Origin: Candidatus Zhuqueibacterota bacterium
GTDB lineage: Bacteria > Zhuqueibacterota > Zhuqueibacteria > Zhuqueibacterales > Zhuqueibacteraceae
Assembly: GCA_022616415.1 (NCBI GenBank)
Contig: JAKEEU010000332.1
Coordinates: forward strand, 1,367 to 65,366
Length of the DNA stretch: 64,000 nucleotides
Reading direction: 5' to 3'
In this document: positions 35,074 through 44,813 of the stretch, piece by piece
Position numbering within the stretch: position 1 is the first letter of the stretch
Layout of the letters: every line of letters begins with the position of its first letter
The notes under the pieces: generated by a model
Seen by the model: only the letters and a program-made list of their open reading frames with translations
Told to the model about the DNA's origin: nothing
Database searches by the model: none
Position numbers and translations under genes: made by a program

Positions 35074-35371
35074 TTGGGACCGTATCTATAGGATGCGAGA
35101 TGAGGATATCGATTTATCTGAAATCCCCGAAATCACGGCCAAACAAATGGCGCGAACGGTGTTGCGTGTTGGAGGAAAACCAGCGCCCAAAGGCAAGGTT
35201 CAAGTCAATCTCTCACTTGACGCCGGCGTTGTGGCCTATTTCAAAACACAAGCCGGCGGGCGCAATTTTCAGAAGCTCATCAATGAAGCCTTGAAGACAA
35301 AAATTCGCGACCAGAATATCGAGAATATTCTGCGCCGTGTCATTCGCGAAGAATTGCAGGGAGCGGGTTAA
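35036..35371 (+). CDS. brnA: BrnA-family antitoxin
   Basis: DWDRIYRMRDEDIDLSEIPE...VNLSLDAGVVAYFKTQAGGRNFQKLINEAL. It overlaps the brnT 3' end, as is typical of brnTA operons. Confidence 0.75.
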   Translation: MNKKYSSKASQTDWDRIYRMRDEDIDLSEIPEITAKQMARTVLRVGGKPAPKGKVQVNLSLDAGVVAYFKTQAGGRNFQKLINEALKTKIRDQNIENILRRVIREELQGAG

Positions 35372-35472
35372 GCCGCATTTCGCAGATAAAGACGATTCTC
35401 GGAAAGAAAAAGATTGTGGCGAGGAACCCAATAATCCAACAATCCATTGCTCCAACACTCCATATTGAAAAA

Positions 35473-38112
35473 ATGCCCGGTCAAAAAGTTCGCTTACTTA
35501 AAATTTTCATCGCCTCGCCGAGCGACGTGAGGCCCGAACGCGAAAAAGCTCGTGAAGAAATCATCAGCCTGCGGCTACTGGCGCAAAAGCATGGTTTTGA
35601 TTTGCAGCCTGTCGGCTGGGAGGCGAACGCCACGCCCGGTGTTGGCCGCCCCCAAGAGCGGATCAACCCGCTCGTGCGCGAATGCGATTTATTCATTGGC
35701 ATCCTGTGGCGGAAATTCGGGGCGCCCACAGGCGAAGCTGAGGCCGGCACGCTGGAAGAATTCAATCTCGCCCGCGAACGTTTCGTGAAAGAACGTGCGC
35801 CCGAAGTCATGCTCTATTTCCGCGAAGTGCATCCCGATTTTCTGGAGGATGCCGGCCCGCAATTGCAAAAAGTTTTGGATTTCAAAAAGCAAATTGAAGA
35901 AAGCCGTCTCGCGCTCTATTGGCAGTACCGCGACCCGGAGCATTTTGCCGCATTGCTGCGCCAGCACGTCACCGACTGGTTGTTGAAATTGGTTCCTACT
36001 CCCGATGACCGCCCGATCAGTGCTACTGCCACTGCAACTGCTACTGCCACTGAAGCTCCCCCTCTCTCCGCCTTTGCCGAACACCTCGAATACTGCCGTG
36101 CCGAATTGCAAAAAACCGCTCGCCCACTCAGGCTTCGGACGTTGACACTGCCACCGCTCTTTCTCGAAGAAGTCGATGCCGAACGGCCTCGCAACATGAA
36201 AGTGAGCAACGCCGTCAAAATGTTTCCCCGCTTGCTCATTCTCGGCGAGCCTGGCGCGGGCAAAACCACTTCGCTCAAAAAGCTCGCCGCCGAATATGCC
36301 GTGTGGCGCGGTGAAGGCAAGGAACCCGGTCTCAACGAGCCGGAAGATTTTAACCTGCCGATTTTTGTCGATCTCTCCGCTTATCCAACTGTATCTGCCG
36401 GCGATTCCAAACATGGCTTGTGGCGGCTCATCACCGCGAGCGTGCGTGGTGTTCATGATGTTGACGTGCGCAAACGCATTGCTGCCGGTGGGTGCTTGCT
36501 GTTGTTTGATGGCCTCAACGAAGTTGGCGAAGCGTATGACGAAGTCGTTTATCAAATTCGTCATCTCGTGAATACCGAAGCGCCGCAGAATCGTTTCGTC
36601 GTCACCTGCAGGCCCGGTGTGTATCGCGACGAGCTGCGCAACGAGTTTGTCGCGTTTCAATTGGAGCGCCTGAGCAGTTTCAACGCTTCGAAAGTTTTGG
36701 AAATTGAAATCGGCGCGGAGAAAGCGCAAGCCGCGTGGAAAGGTTTGGACGAATACACCCGCGATCTCTGCCGCAATCCGCTCATGCTCACTCTGCTCGC
36801 CGACGAGCTTCGTGCCAGCGACACGCCGCCGCAAAACCGCGCCCAACTCTTCGACCGCTTTGTGGATCGCTATTTGAGCGAATGGGCCCGCGTCAAAGGC
36901 GCCGGCGCGGTGCGCGTGGAAAAAGAAATTCTCTCCGCGTTGGCGTGGCGACTCGGCACCAACCGTACATTGCTTTCCGCCGATGAAGCCGCTGCCGCAA
37001 TGTCTGCCCGGCTTACCGAATTACAAAACAAAAAGGAAGCTCGACTCGATCTCAATGTTGACGAGCTCAATCGTGAATTTCTCCACCACGGCCTGTTGCG
37101 TGAAAGCGCCGGCCAAACCGGCTTCTTCCATCAAGCCGTGCAGGAATATTTCTTTGCACGTGAGGTGGCGTTGCATCAGTCAATGGAATATGTTTTGAAG
37201 CACGTTAACGATCCGGAGTGGGCGGAGGTTTTGGTGTTTGTGTGCGGTTTGGCTGAGGATGCGACGGAGGTTGTGCGGGAGGTGATGAAGGTGGACCCGT
37301 ATTTGGCGGCGAGGTGTACCACGAATGCAAAGGAAATAAATGGGAAAGTTGTTGATGAACTAGCTTTAGTATTGATCCAAAATCTCAAGATGAAATTTGA
37401 TTCCGGTATTTGGCTTGGAAAACTATACCAGGAAATGCTTGCCGTTTTATCCATCGAATCAAAAACCTATACTCAAAAATTGTCAGACCTTTTTCATCGT
37501 GCTTATAATCAGGAACCTCATGCACTGCATGAATTCGCCCGTCTGCTTATCGGCATGTATATTCCTGAAAAAGTTATTCCTATATTCGAACCCATAATAA
37601 ATGAAAAATCTGATGATTTCCGACTAATTGGATGGCTAGGAGTGGCGCTGCGTATGGTTAACAATTTTGAAAAATCTTTCGCATATTTCAAAAAGTGTTT
37701 AGAATTGGCTCCTGAAGATGCGTGGATTTGGTTCAATTTGGGTTTCGTTTATCAAGACGTAGAAAACTATGAACAAGCAGAATTTTGCTTTCGTAAAGCC
37801 ATTGAATTAAATGCAAAAATACCCTGGCCGTACACTCATCTCGGCTTCACCTTGTTGCAGAAAAAGGATTATGACGGTGCCGTACAACAATATCAGAAAG
37901 CTATTAGCTTAAATTGGGAATACAGCTGGCCACATATTGGTTTGGCAGAAATTTATCAAGAATTTCTTAATGAGCCCGAAAAGGCAATCGAAGAATATAA
38001 AATTTCTCTTCAATTTGAAAAGCGGCCCTTTTTATTACCTGAACCTATATTCGCACTTGCCCGCGCCCTCGAAGCCACCGGTCGCACCGCCGAAGCCCGG
38101 CAGCGTTATTAA
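35473..38112 (+). CDS. STAND NTPase: DUF4062 (TIR-like) N-domain, NACHT and TPR repeats. It ends at an in-frame TAA with 23 more TPR-like codons downstream.
   Basis: KIFIASPSDVRPEREKAREEI...DLFIGILWRKFG (DUF4062 pattern), Walker A LILGEPGAGKTTSLKKL, Walker B CLLLFDGLNEV, and C-terminal TPR units (WFNLGFVYQDVENYEQAEFCFRKAIELN...). Confidence 0.8.
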   Translation: MPGQKVRLLKIFIASPSDVRPEREKAREEIISLRLLAQKHGFDLQPVGWEANATPGVGRPQERINPLVRECDLFIGILWRKFGAPTGEAEAGTLEEFNLARERFVKERAPEVMLYFREVHPDFLEDAGPQLQKVLDFKKQIEESRLALYWQYRDPEHFAALLRQHVTDWLLKLVPTPDDRPISATATATATATEAPPLSAFAEHLEYCRAELQKTARPLRLRTLTLPPLFLEEVDAERPRNMKVSNAVKMFPRLLILGEPGAGKTTSLKKLAAEYAVWRGEGKEPGLNEPEDFNLPIFVDLSAYPTVSAGDSKHGLWRLITASVRGVHDVDVRKRIAAGGCLLLFDGLNEVGEAYDEVVYQIRHLVNTEAPQNRFVVTCRPGVYRDELRNEFVAFQLERLSSFNASKVLEIEIGAEKAQAAWKGLDEYTRDLCRNPLMLTLLADELRASDTPPQNRAQLFDRFVDRYLSEWARVKGAGAVRVEKEILSALAWRLGTNRTLLSADEAAAAMSARLTELQNKKEARLDLNVDELNREFLHHGLLRESAGQTGFFHQAVQEYFFAREVALHQSMEYVLKHVNDPEWAEVLVFVCGLAEDATEVVREVMKVDPYLAARCTTNAKEINGKVVDELALVLIQNLKMKFDSGIWLGKLYQEMLAVLSIESKTYTQKLSDLFHRAYNQEPHALHEFARLLIGMYIPEKVIPIFEPIINEKSDDFRLIGWLGVALRMVNNFEKSFAYFKKCLELAPEDAWIWFNLGFVYQDVENYEQAEFCFRKAIELNAKIPWPYTHLGFTLLQKKDYDGAVQQYQKAISLNWEYSWPHIGLAEIYQEFLNEPEKAIEEYKISLQFEKRPFLLPEPIFALARALEATGRTAEARQRY

Positions 38113-38292
38113 GAATATCTCGACCGCTTCCCTTGGGGCGAGCATGCGCAAGAGGCGCTGGCGGCGTTGGAGCGGCTGGGGTGATTTTCCTTCGCCTGCC
38201 CATAAATGGAGCAGGCTAAGACATGAAAGGCCGATGAATCGGCCTACTCGGAAATTTTGAAAGGAAAGAACTTGCCTCAATCATAAAATCAG

Positions 38293-38736
38293 TCAGAATT
38301 TCACGCTTGCCAAGCCTTTGGGATAACTTGAGAGCAATGTGCTCATTGTAAGAAAGTCTTCAAATCCCAAAATAAGCGGTACGGAATCTGTTTCAAGAAG
38401 GAAAGCCCTGAATTTTAATGGCTTCGTAGCTTTCGCACGATATGAAACGCGGGCAGTGACTTCTCCAAGATAACCAAAAACTTTACCTTCGCCTATGCCA
38501 CCGAGAGAAAATTTCTTAGCGAGAATGAGGCGATTGATCGACTGAGACCAAATGTATTGAGGAATAATATTAGCCGGACTGCCGGTGTCAATGATCGCTT
38601 GATATTTCGGAGACCACCCATCGAGTGTTTTGAAATCAACGTCGGCGAGAAGGCGAATCAAATTGAATTTAACACCTTCGGACAACAACTCAGGATCATA
38701 ATGCGATTTAAATCGAAGTGGAATAACCGTAGACAT
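38293..38736 (-). CDS. Retropepsin-like (clan AA) aspartic peptidase domain protein
   Basis: The motif AIIDTGSPANIIP (D-T-G) in a ~147-aa protein. Start at the ATG at 38736. Confidence 0.6.
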   Translation of the reverse strand: MSTVIPLRFKSHYDPELLSEGVKFNLIRLLADVDFKTLDGWSPKYQAIIDTGSPANIIPQYIWSQSINRLILAKKFSLGGIGEGKVFGYLGEVTARVSYRAKATKPLKFRAFLLETDSVPLILGFEDFLTMSTLLSSYPKGLASVKF

Positions 38737-38965
38737 GAATTCCCCTCTCACTAAATGTAAAAACAGGATCATTGATGCCCAGTTTCCGGACTTGCCTGGC
38801 CACGTGACCAAGTTCCTTATGATGGGCAATAACCTTTTTGTTGTAAATTGCCACCCATTGGTTGGGGCATCGTTCGGATAGCGTCTGAGCATTCGCTATG
38901 GCCCAATCGCTATCATCCCAATAGCGTGACGGCGTCTTGCGTTCGTTGCTTTTTGGTTTACGCAT
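38708..38965 (-). CDS. DUF5678-like small protein
   Basis: NQWVAIYNKKVIAHHKELGHVARQVRKLGINDPVFTF. It overlaps the start of the aspartic peptidase gene by 29 nt. Confidence 0.45.
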   Translation of the reverse strand: MRKPKSNERKTPSRYWDDSDWAIANAQTLSERCPNQWVAIYNKKVIAHHKELGHVARQVRKLGINDPVFTFSERGIHVYGYSTSI

Positions 38966-39069
38966 AAAGCCTGTTCTCCAAAATAAAAGTGCACAATTGA
39001 GGACCATATCTGGAGCTCGGCATCGATTGCAGCGCGAAGTTCTTTTGAAACTAAAGATTTCATGAGAAC

Positions 39070-39378
39070 CTACACAGCAGCCATATCGGGTCCGATTTCA
39101 ACTCTTTCATATTTTTCGTATTCCTCTTCAGTCATGGTGAGCACGAGGGTAAGAACAAGATCGTTATCTGGATTCGCGTGCTGATGCAGATAGTTGAACA
39201 GATCATTGCGGCGTTCATGACGAGGCCAATTTTCAAAACCACGCCGCGCAACGACCAGCACGTGAATATTTGACCCAATACCGCTTGGCTTGACTTCGAT
39301 GAGCGTAGCATCGACGTTGTGGAGTCGCGTCCAATCTTCGACCGCGGCGCGAAGCTGAGCAAGTTTAGATAATTTCAT
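39070..39378 (-). CDS. Hypothetical protein
   Basis: A 102-aa ORF, 9 nt downstream of the preceding ORF on the same strand. No family was recognised. Confidence 0.4.
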   Translation of the reverse strand: MKLSKLAQLRAAVEDWTRLHNVDATLIEVKPSGIGSNIHVLVVARRGFENWPRHERRNDLFNYLHQHANPDNDLVLTLVLTMTEEEYEKYERVEIGPDMAAV

Positions 39379-39387
39379 GGCAATATC

Positions 39388-39801
39388 TCAAAAATAAGGT
39401 GTCAAAAAAGTTAACACGCCATCGGGAATATCAAAAAGAGCGTGGTCCACGTCATCTGATTCTGTCTGGCTTTTAGCGCCTTCATACCGCAAGGTCATTG
39501 ACCAATTGTCCAAGATAGCTATAAAGTTATTCTGCAGGTTTTTGTTTGTGTCTAGAGCGCTTTGCTGGCCGGAGCAATAAAACAAGAATTCGAGATCATG
39601 TACCTGAAAAGCCGTTGGCAATCGCTGTACTTTGAAATGTTTGCAAATAACGATCTTCAAGGCAACCTCGAGCAAAACGCCGGCATGAAGAATGGCTCCA
39701 GCCCAATTTCCCGCAGCGCGAAGCGAATCGTATTCTCTACTACGTTCCGCAAAGGCGTCACGCAATGTTTGAACGTCTTGCTTAATAAGCTTGAGAGCCA
39801 T
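39388..39801 (-). CDS. Hypothetical all-helical protein
   Basis: The ATG at 39801 is preceded by GGGAGGAA. 137 aa. No family was recognised, though it may be HEPN-like. Confidence 0.4.
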   Translation of the reverse strand: MALKLIKQDVQTLRDAFAERSREYDSLRAAGNWAGAILHAGVLLEVALKIVICKHFKVQRLPTAFQVHDLEFLFYCSGQQSALDTNKNLQNNFIAILDNWSMTLRYEGAKSQTESDDVDHALFDIPDGVLTFLTPYF

Positions 39802-39910
39802 CGCCGTTCCTCCCTGGGATTTGCATCTCAATAGTTTTTAATATGGGCAAAGTCCACTCTCAACTGCGTTAAATCAATGTAACAGATCATCACATGAAAA
39901 TCAAGAAGAT

Positions 39911-41509
39911 TTGTTGATGCCTTCCTCCCTCACCAAAAAAGTCGGCTTCGCGGCGCTGATTATGATGGCCTCTGTGCTGCTCAGCCGCGTCATCGGTTTG
40001 CTGCGCAACATGGTGATCGGCTACATCGGCGGCGCCAGCGGCGCGGTGGATGCTTATCAAGTCGCGTTCATCATTCCGGAAATTCTCAATCACGTCGTCG
40101 CCAGCGGTTTTCTCTCCGTCACGTTCATTCCGATTTTCTCCAATTACCTCGTGCAAAATAAGGAAGCCGAAGGGTGGAAGGTTTTCTCGCTCATCGTGAC
40201 CACCTTCGGGGTCATGCTGATCGTTTTAATCGGGGTCGCGTTTATCCTTGCGCCGCAACTGGTCGCCATCACCGCGCCAGGCTTGAAAGACGCCGCACAG
40301 ATCGCCAGTGCGATACGCATGACCCGCATCATCCTGCCGGCGCAGCTTTTCTTTTTTGCCGGCGGCATGTTGATGGCGGTGCAATTTGCCAAAGAGCAAT
40401 TCAAGCTGCCGGCGCTGGCGCCGCTGATTTACAATCTGGGCATCATTCTCGGCGGCATTCTGCTCAGCCGCTGGCTCGGCATGGAGGGATTTTCCTGGGG
40501 CGTGCTCGCCGGCGCTTTTGTTGGCAATTTCTGGATTCAGTACATTGGCGCGAAACGCGCCGGCATGCAATTTTCGCCAACTTTCGATCTGCGCCACCCC
40601 GATCTGAGAAAGTACGTTTTGCTCACCTTGCCGTTGATGGTGGGCTTGACTGCAACGTTCTCCAACGAATTCTTCTACAGATTCTTCGGCTCGTATTTAC
40701 CTCAAGGGGGCGTTGCCACGCTGGACTACGCGCTGCGTGTGATGCTCGTTTTGGTTGGCATCTTCGGCCAAGCCGCCGGCGTCGCCTCGTTTCCATTTCT
40801 CGCGCGCCTTGTCGCAGAAGGCAAACTGACAGAAATGAACCGCCTGCTCGATGACACCCTGCGGCGTTACATCGCATTGGTGATTCCGTTTTCCGTTTTG
40901 CTGATGGTGCTGCGCAACGAAGTGATCCGCCTGCTCTTTCAACGCGGCAAGTTCGACGCCGCTGCCACTGCCATAACCTCTGAAGCGCTTTTGTTCATGC
41001 TCATTGGCGCTTTCGCTTTTGCCGGACAAACCGTGGTGGTGCGCGGATATTATGCCATGCAAAACACGCTTTTTCCAACCGTCTTCGGCACGCTCGCGGT
41101 GCTGGCGAGTTTGCCGTTATACTGGTACGGCTTGCAGCACCTCGGCATCAATGGCGTGGCGCTGGCGATGTCCGTCTCGGCCATCATCCAAACCACCCTG
41201 CTCTACGCGTTGTGGAATCGCCGGACTAACAACGCCGGCAGCAGCGCCATTTATCAATTTTTTGCCAAGATGATTTTCCTGAGCGCCATCACCGGCCTCG
41301 CTCTGCATTGGCTCAAAACCCAGACGCTGCAAACGATCGATCACTCGACATTCATCGGAAGTCTGTTGAGCTGTCTGATTATCGGCGCCGTATTCGTATT
41401 GGCATTCGTCGCCATCGGATACGTTTTTCGTATTGGTGAGATCGTGAATGTGATCAATCGGCTGGTGAAAAAATTATTCGGCCGCCGAGGTTCTACCAAC
41501 CCGGACTAG
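39911..41509 (+). CDS. murJ: Lipid II flippase MurJ
   Basis: 532 aa and polytopic. N-terminal LLSRVIGLLRNMVIGYIGGASGAVDAYQVAFIIPEILNHVVASGFLSVTFIPIF is the canonical MurJ/MviN motif. Confidence 0.9.
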   Translation: MLMPSSLTKKVGFAALIMMASVLLSRVIGLLRNMVIGYIGGASGAVDAYQVAFIIPEILNHVVASGFLSVTFIPIFSNYLVQNKEAEGWKVFSLIVTTFGVMLIVLIGVAFILAPQLVAITAPGLKDAAQIASAIRMTRIILPAQLFFFAGGMLMAVQFAKEQFKLPALAPLIYNLGIILGGILLSRWLGMEGFSWGVLAGAFVGNFWIQYIGAKRAGMQFSPTFDLRHPDLRKYVLLTLPLMVGLTATFSNEFFYRFFGSYLPQGGVATLDYALRVMLVLVGIFGQAAGVASFPFLARLVAEGKLTEMNRLLDDTLRRYIALVIPFSVLLMVLRNEVIRLLFQRGKFDAAATAITSEALLFMLIGAFAFAGQTVVVRGYYAMQNTLFPTVFGTLAVLASLPLYWYGLQHLGINGVALAMSVSAIIQTTLLYALWNRRTNNAGSSAIYQFFAKMIFLSAITGLALHWLKTQTLQTIDHSTFIGSLLSCLIIGAVFVLAFVAIGYVFRIGEIVNVINRLVKKLFGRRGSTNPD

Positions 41510-41567
41510 CCTGCCCTGCCAATGCTCTAAACAAGCCAGGGCCGCAACCAAACAGTAAAAGCTTTTT

Positions 41568-41641
41568 GTATCCGGATTTTGCGAATCGTCCGGATTAAAA
41601 TTAAATGACTTGTATCCGGACGATTCGGCAAATCCGGATAC
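41568..41641. repeat. Long imperfect palindrome downstream of murJ
   Basis: GTATCCGGATTTTGCGAATCGTCCGGA (41568-41594) pairs with TCCGGACGATTCGGCAAATCCGGATAC (41615-41641). Confidence 0.6.
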
Positions 41642-41779
41642 CACTATAAAATCTTTGCTTTTTGCACAGGTTTGACTGTTAAGAGAATTGAACGAATCGA
41701 AGCTTTAGAAGTCTCAATTTTAATGTGGTGTCGCATAAATCACGCAGGGATGGTCACTTTAACGCAAGGAGGAAGAGTG

Positions 41780-43342
41780 ATGCAACGTCATCGTCTCGTT
41801 CTCGTGTTGTTCGTGGCGGCGCTGGCACAAGTCGCCTGGTCACAAGAACCGGTGAATCTCGAAGTCGTTTCGCGCATTAAGTCGGAAGGCTTCCAAAATT
41901 CGCAGGTGATGGAAACGCTGTTTTGGCTGACCGATGTACACGGCCCGCGCTTGACCGGCTCACCGAACATGAAAGCGTCCAGCGAATGGGCGCGCGATCA
42001 ACTGGCGAAATGGGGTCTGGAGAATGCGAAGTTGGAGTCATGGGGCACATTCGGCCGCGGCTGGACGACGGAAAGATTTTCCATTGAGATGATCGAGCCG
42101 CAATATCAACCGATCATTGCGTGGCCGCAAGCCTGGACGGCCGGCACCAATGGCGCGGTGTCTGGCACACCCGTTATGGTGGAGGCCACCACCGAAGAAG
42201 ATCTGGCAAAATATAGAGGCAAGCTGCGCGGCGCCATCGTGTTGATGCAAAAGCCGCGCGAAGCGGAGACGCATTTTGAGGCGGATGCCAAGCGCCACGA
42301 CGAGAAGGATCTGGCCGAGCTGGCGCAAGCGCCGGAATTGGGCGCGGCCTCGCCATTCGAAGCCCGCCGTCAGGAGTTTCGCGCGCAACGCGCTTTGCGG
42401 GATAAAATGGCCAAATTCTTCCGTGAAGAAGGCGTCGCAGTGTTGCTCCAACCCAGCCGCGGCGAGCACGGCACCGTTTTCTCAGGCGGCGCTGGTTCGC
42501 GCAATATCGGCGCCGAGCAAGCATTGCCAACCATGGTTGTCGCCATCGAGCATTACTCGCGCGTATGGCGCTTGCTGGAAAAAGGCCTGCCGGTGAAACT
42601 GGAAGTCAATATGCAAAACCGTTTTTATGAAGATGACTCGCTCGGCTACAATGTGATCGCAGAAATTCCCGGCACCGACAAAAAACTCAAAGACGAGGTG
42701 GTCATGCTCGGCGGCCATCTCGATTCCTGGCATCCCGGCACCGGCACGACGGATAACGCCGCCGGCTGCTCGGTCGCGATGGAAGCCGTGCGCATTCTGA
42801 AGACGCTCGGCATTCAGCCGCGCCGCACGATTCGCATTGCGTTGTGGAGCGGCGAAGAGCAGGGCTTGCTCGGCTCGCGCGGTTACGTGAAGCAACATTT
42901 CGCCGATCCCACGATTATGCAGCCCAAGCCGGAGCACGCCAAATTCGCCGCGTATTTCAACCTCGACAACGGCACCGGCAAGATTCGCGGCGTTTATTTG
43001 CAGGGCAACGACATGGTGCGGCCGGTCTTCGAAGCCTGGCTCAAGCCGTTCAACGATCTCGGCGCCAACACGCTGACGATTCGCAACACCGGCGGCACCG
43101 ACCATCTCGCCTTCGACGGCGTCGGCTTGCCCGGCTTCCAATTCATTCAAGATGAGATCGACTACGACACGCGCACGCACCATACCAATATGGATCTCTA
43201 CGATCACGCCATCAAAGGCGATTTGATGCAAGCCTCGGTGATCATGGCTTCGTTTGTTTATCACGCCGCCATGCGCGAGGAAAAGCTGCCGCGCAAGCCG
43301 ATGCCGAAGCCGCAAACCGGGCAGCGCTTTACGTTACAATAA
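41780..43342 (+). CDS. M28-family metallopeptidase with a PA domain, secreted
   Basis: The ATG at 41780 follows AAGGAGGAAG. Signal peptide LVLVLFVAALAQVAWSQ. Metal-binding motifs HLDSWHPGTGTTDNAAGC, WSGEEQGLLGS and GGTDHLAF. Confidence 0.8.
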   Translation: MQRHRLVLVLFVAALAQVAWSQEPVNLEVVSRIKSEGFQNSQVMETLFWLTDVHGPRLTGSPNMKASSEWARDQLAKWGLENAKLESWGTFGRGWTTERFSIEMIEPQYQPIIAWPQAWTAGTNGAVSGTPVMVEATTEEDLAKYRGKLRGAIVLMQKPREAETHFEADAKRHDEKDLAELAQAPELGAASPFEARRQEFRAQRALRDKMAKFFREEGVAVLLQPSRGEHGTVFSGGAGSRNIGAEQALPTMVVAIEHYSRVWRLLEKGLPVKLEVNMQNRFYEDDSLGYNVIAEIPGTDKKLKDEVVMLGGHLDSWHPGTGTTDNAAGCSVAMEAVRILKTLGIQPRRTIRIALWSGEEQGLLGSRGYVKQHFADPTIMQPKPEHAKFAAYFNLDNGTGKIRGVYLQGNDMVRPVFEAWLKPFNDLGANTLTIRNTGGTDHLAFDGVGLPGFQFIQDEIDYDTRTHHTNMDLYDHAIKGDLMQASVIMASFVYHAAMREEKLPRKPMPKPQTGQRFTLQ

Positions 43343-43381
43343 AAAGTCGGAGAGTCCGAAGTCCAAAGTTGAGCAGTCTGA

Positions 43382-43420
43382 AGTCGGGCTTGCGGAAATC
43401 GCAAGTCCGACTGCTTTGCT
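43382..43420 (+). terminator. Terminator-like hairpin after the M28 peptidase gene
   Basis: 13-bp stem AGTCGGGCTTGCG / CGCAAGTCCGACT (one G-U pair) with loop GAAAT, followed by GCTTTGCTTTG. Confidence 0.5.
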
Positions 43421-43559
43421 TTGGGGAACAACAAGTGAAACAAGAGTTGACTTTGAAAACTTTTGTCCCTATTTTAAAAATTAGAAAGAGCGGTATATGC
43501 ACAGAAAACCATAGCCAGGCGTTATCCACGTTTTGAATTGCGGCTTGCCCGCATGTAAC

Positions 43560-44783
43560 ATGAAAGCTTCCCCTCCATCCTACCCCATCTTCTTTTTGGT
43601 CGAAGATCATCTCTTTCTCGACGATCTCCAAAAACTTCCGTGGCAATATCCCATCGAAGAGTGGCGGCAGCTTGGCGTCAAGCATCTGAACATCAAAGCC
43701 GGCATCGGGCGGCATCCGGTGGTTTTTGTGCAAGTGGATGGCCGCAACCTCGTCGTCAAGCAACTCGGCTTCGAGGTGTCGCAACGCGAAGTGGACAATT
43801 ACAAAGAAATGCTGCTGCGCGGCATTCACACGCTCATTCCCCTCGGTTGTGTGATGCGCGAAGAAGAGCCGATTGCGGTCAAAACCCCGGTGGGCAAAAT
43901 TTATGAGCGCAATCTCATCGGCCACACCGTCACGCTGCTCATCGATCGCGTGCTGCCGGATTCGCAACTCTACCGGCGCGCTTTCAAGTTCGAGAATCGC
44001 CAACGCATTTGGGATGCCATCGTCGATCTCTTTGTCGAGCTGCACCTCAACGGCGTTTATTGGGGCGACGCCTCGCTCGCCAACACGCTTATCAAGTTTT
44101 ATAAAGTCGATATTCCGCATATCGGCAAAAAGACTCAGCTCAAAGCTTTTCTCGCCGACGCCGAGACGGTGGAAATTCACGACTCGATTTCCGATTCCTT
44201 GCGCGAGGCGGACGTCGGCTTTTTTATCGAATCGATGGAATGGATCGACGAAGACCTGCGCGCCAGCGGCATCATTCGCGATGAGCTGGCGACCGAGCAG
44301 GACAAGGCCTACGTGCAGACGCAATACGAGCGCAGGTACGAAGTCGCGGTAAAAGGCCGCGCGTTCGAGAAAATGAGCGCCTTGAATATCGACCAATACC
44401 TCGGCCCCGTGCGCGATCCGGCATATTTCGACACGCTGCAAAAACACATTGATGAGCACAAGTGGTATCTGAGCGAGCGCCGGAAGCGCGAAGTCCCTTT
44501 CACCGCAGCGGCGCAGGATTGGCTGCAAAAAGTTTTCATCCCGGTCTGCGAGCTGATCAAAAAGGAAGGCGTGCTGGATTTCTTTCCCGGCAAAACCGCC
44601 TCGGAGCTGTACGTGGAGATTATGAACAACAAATATTTGTTGAGCAAGGAGAAAGGCAAGGACGTGGGCATCATTCACGCCGCACGCGACTACGCCAAGA
44701 AATTCGGCCAGGAGCCGCCGCTGGCCGCGTTTTGGAATGGGATTGCGAGAAAGGTGCGGGAGATTTTGAGAATGCAACCTTGA
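43560..44783 (+). CDS. DUF4032-domain protein (LPS-kinase-like N-region)
   Basis: HLNGVYWGDASLANTLIKF is a kinase-like catalytic-loop context. The C-terminal WYLSERRKREVPFTAAAQDWLQKVFIPVCELI matches my memory of DUF4032. Confidence 0.55.
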   Translation: MKASPPSYPIFFLVEDHLFLDDLQKLPWQYPIEEWRQLGVKHLNIKAGIGRHPVVFVQVDGRNLVVKQLGFEVSQREVDNYKEMLLRGIHTLIPLGCVMREEEPIAVKTPVGKIYERNLIGHTVTLLIDRVLPDSQLYRRAFKFENRQRIWDAIVDLFVELHLNGVYWGDASLANTLIKFYKVDIPHIGKKTQLKAFLADAETVEIHDSISDSLREADVGFFIESMEWIDEDLRASGIIRDELATEQDKAYVQTQYERRYEVAVKGRAFEKMSALNIDQYLGPVRDPAYFDTLQKHIDEHKWYLSERRKREVPFTAAAQDWLQKVFIPVCELIKKEGVLDFFPGKTASELYVEIMNNKYLLSKEKGKDVGIIHAARDYAKKFGQEPPLAAFWNGIARKVREILRMQP

Positions 44784-44813
44784 TTTTCTTGTACGCTGCT
44801 ATACTTTTTGGCG

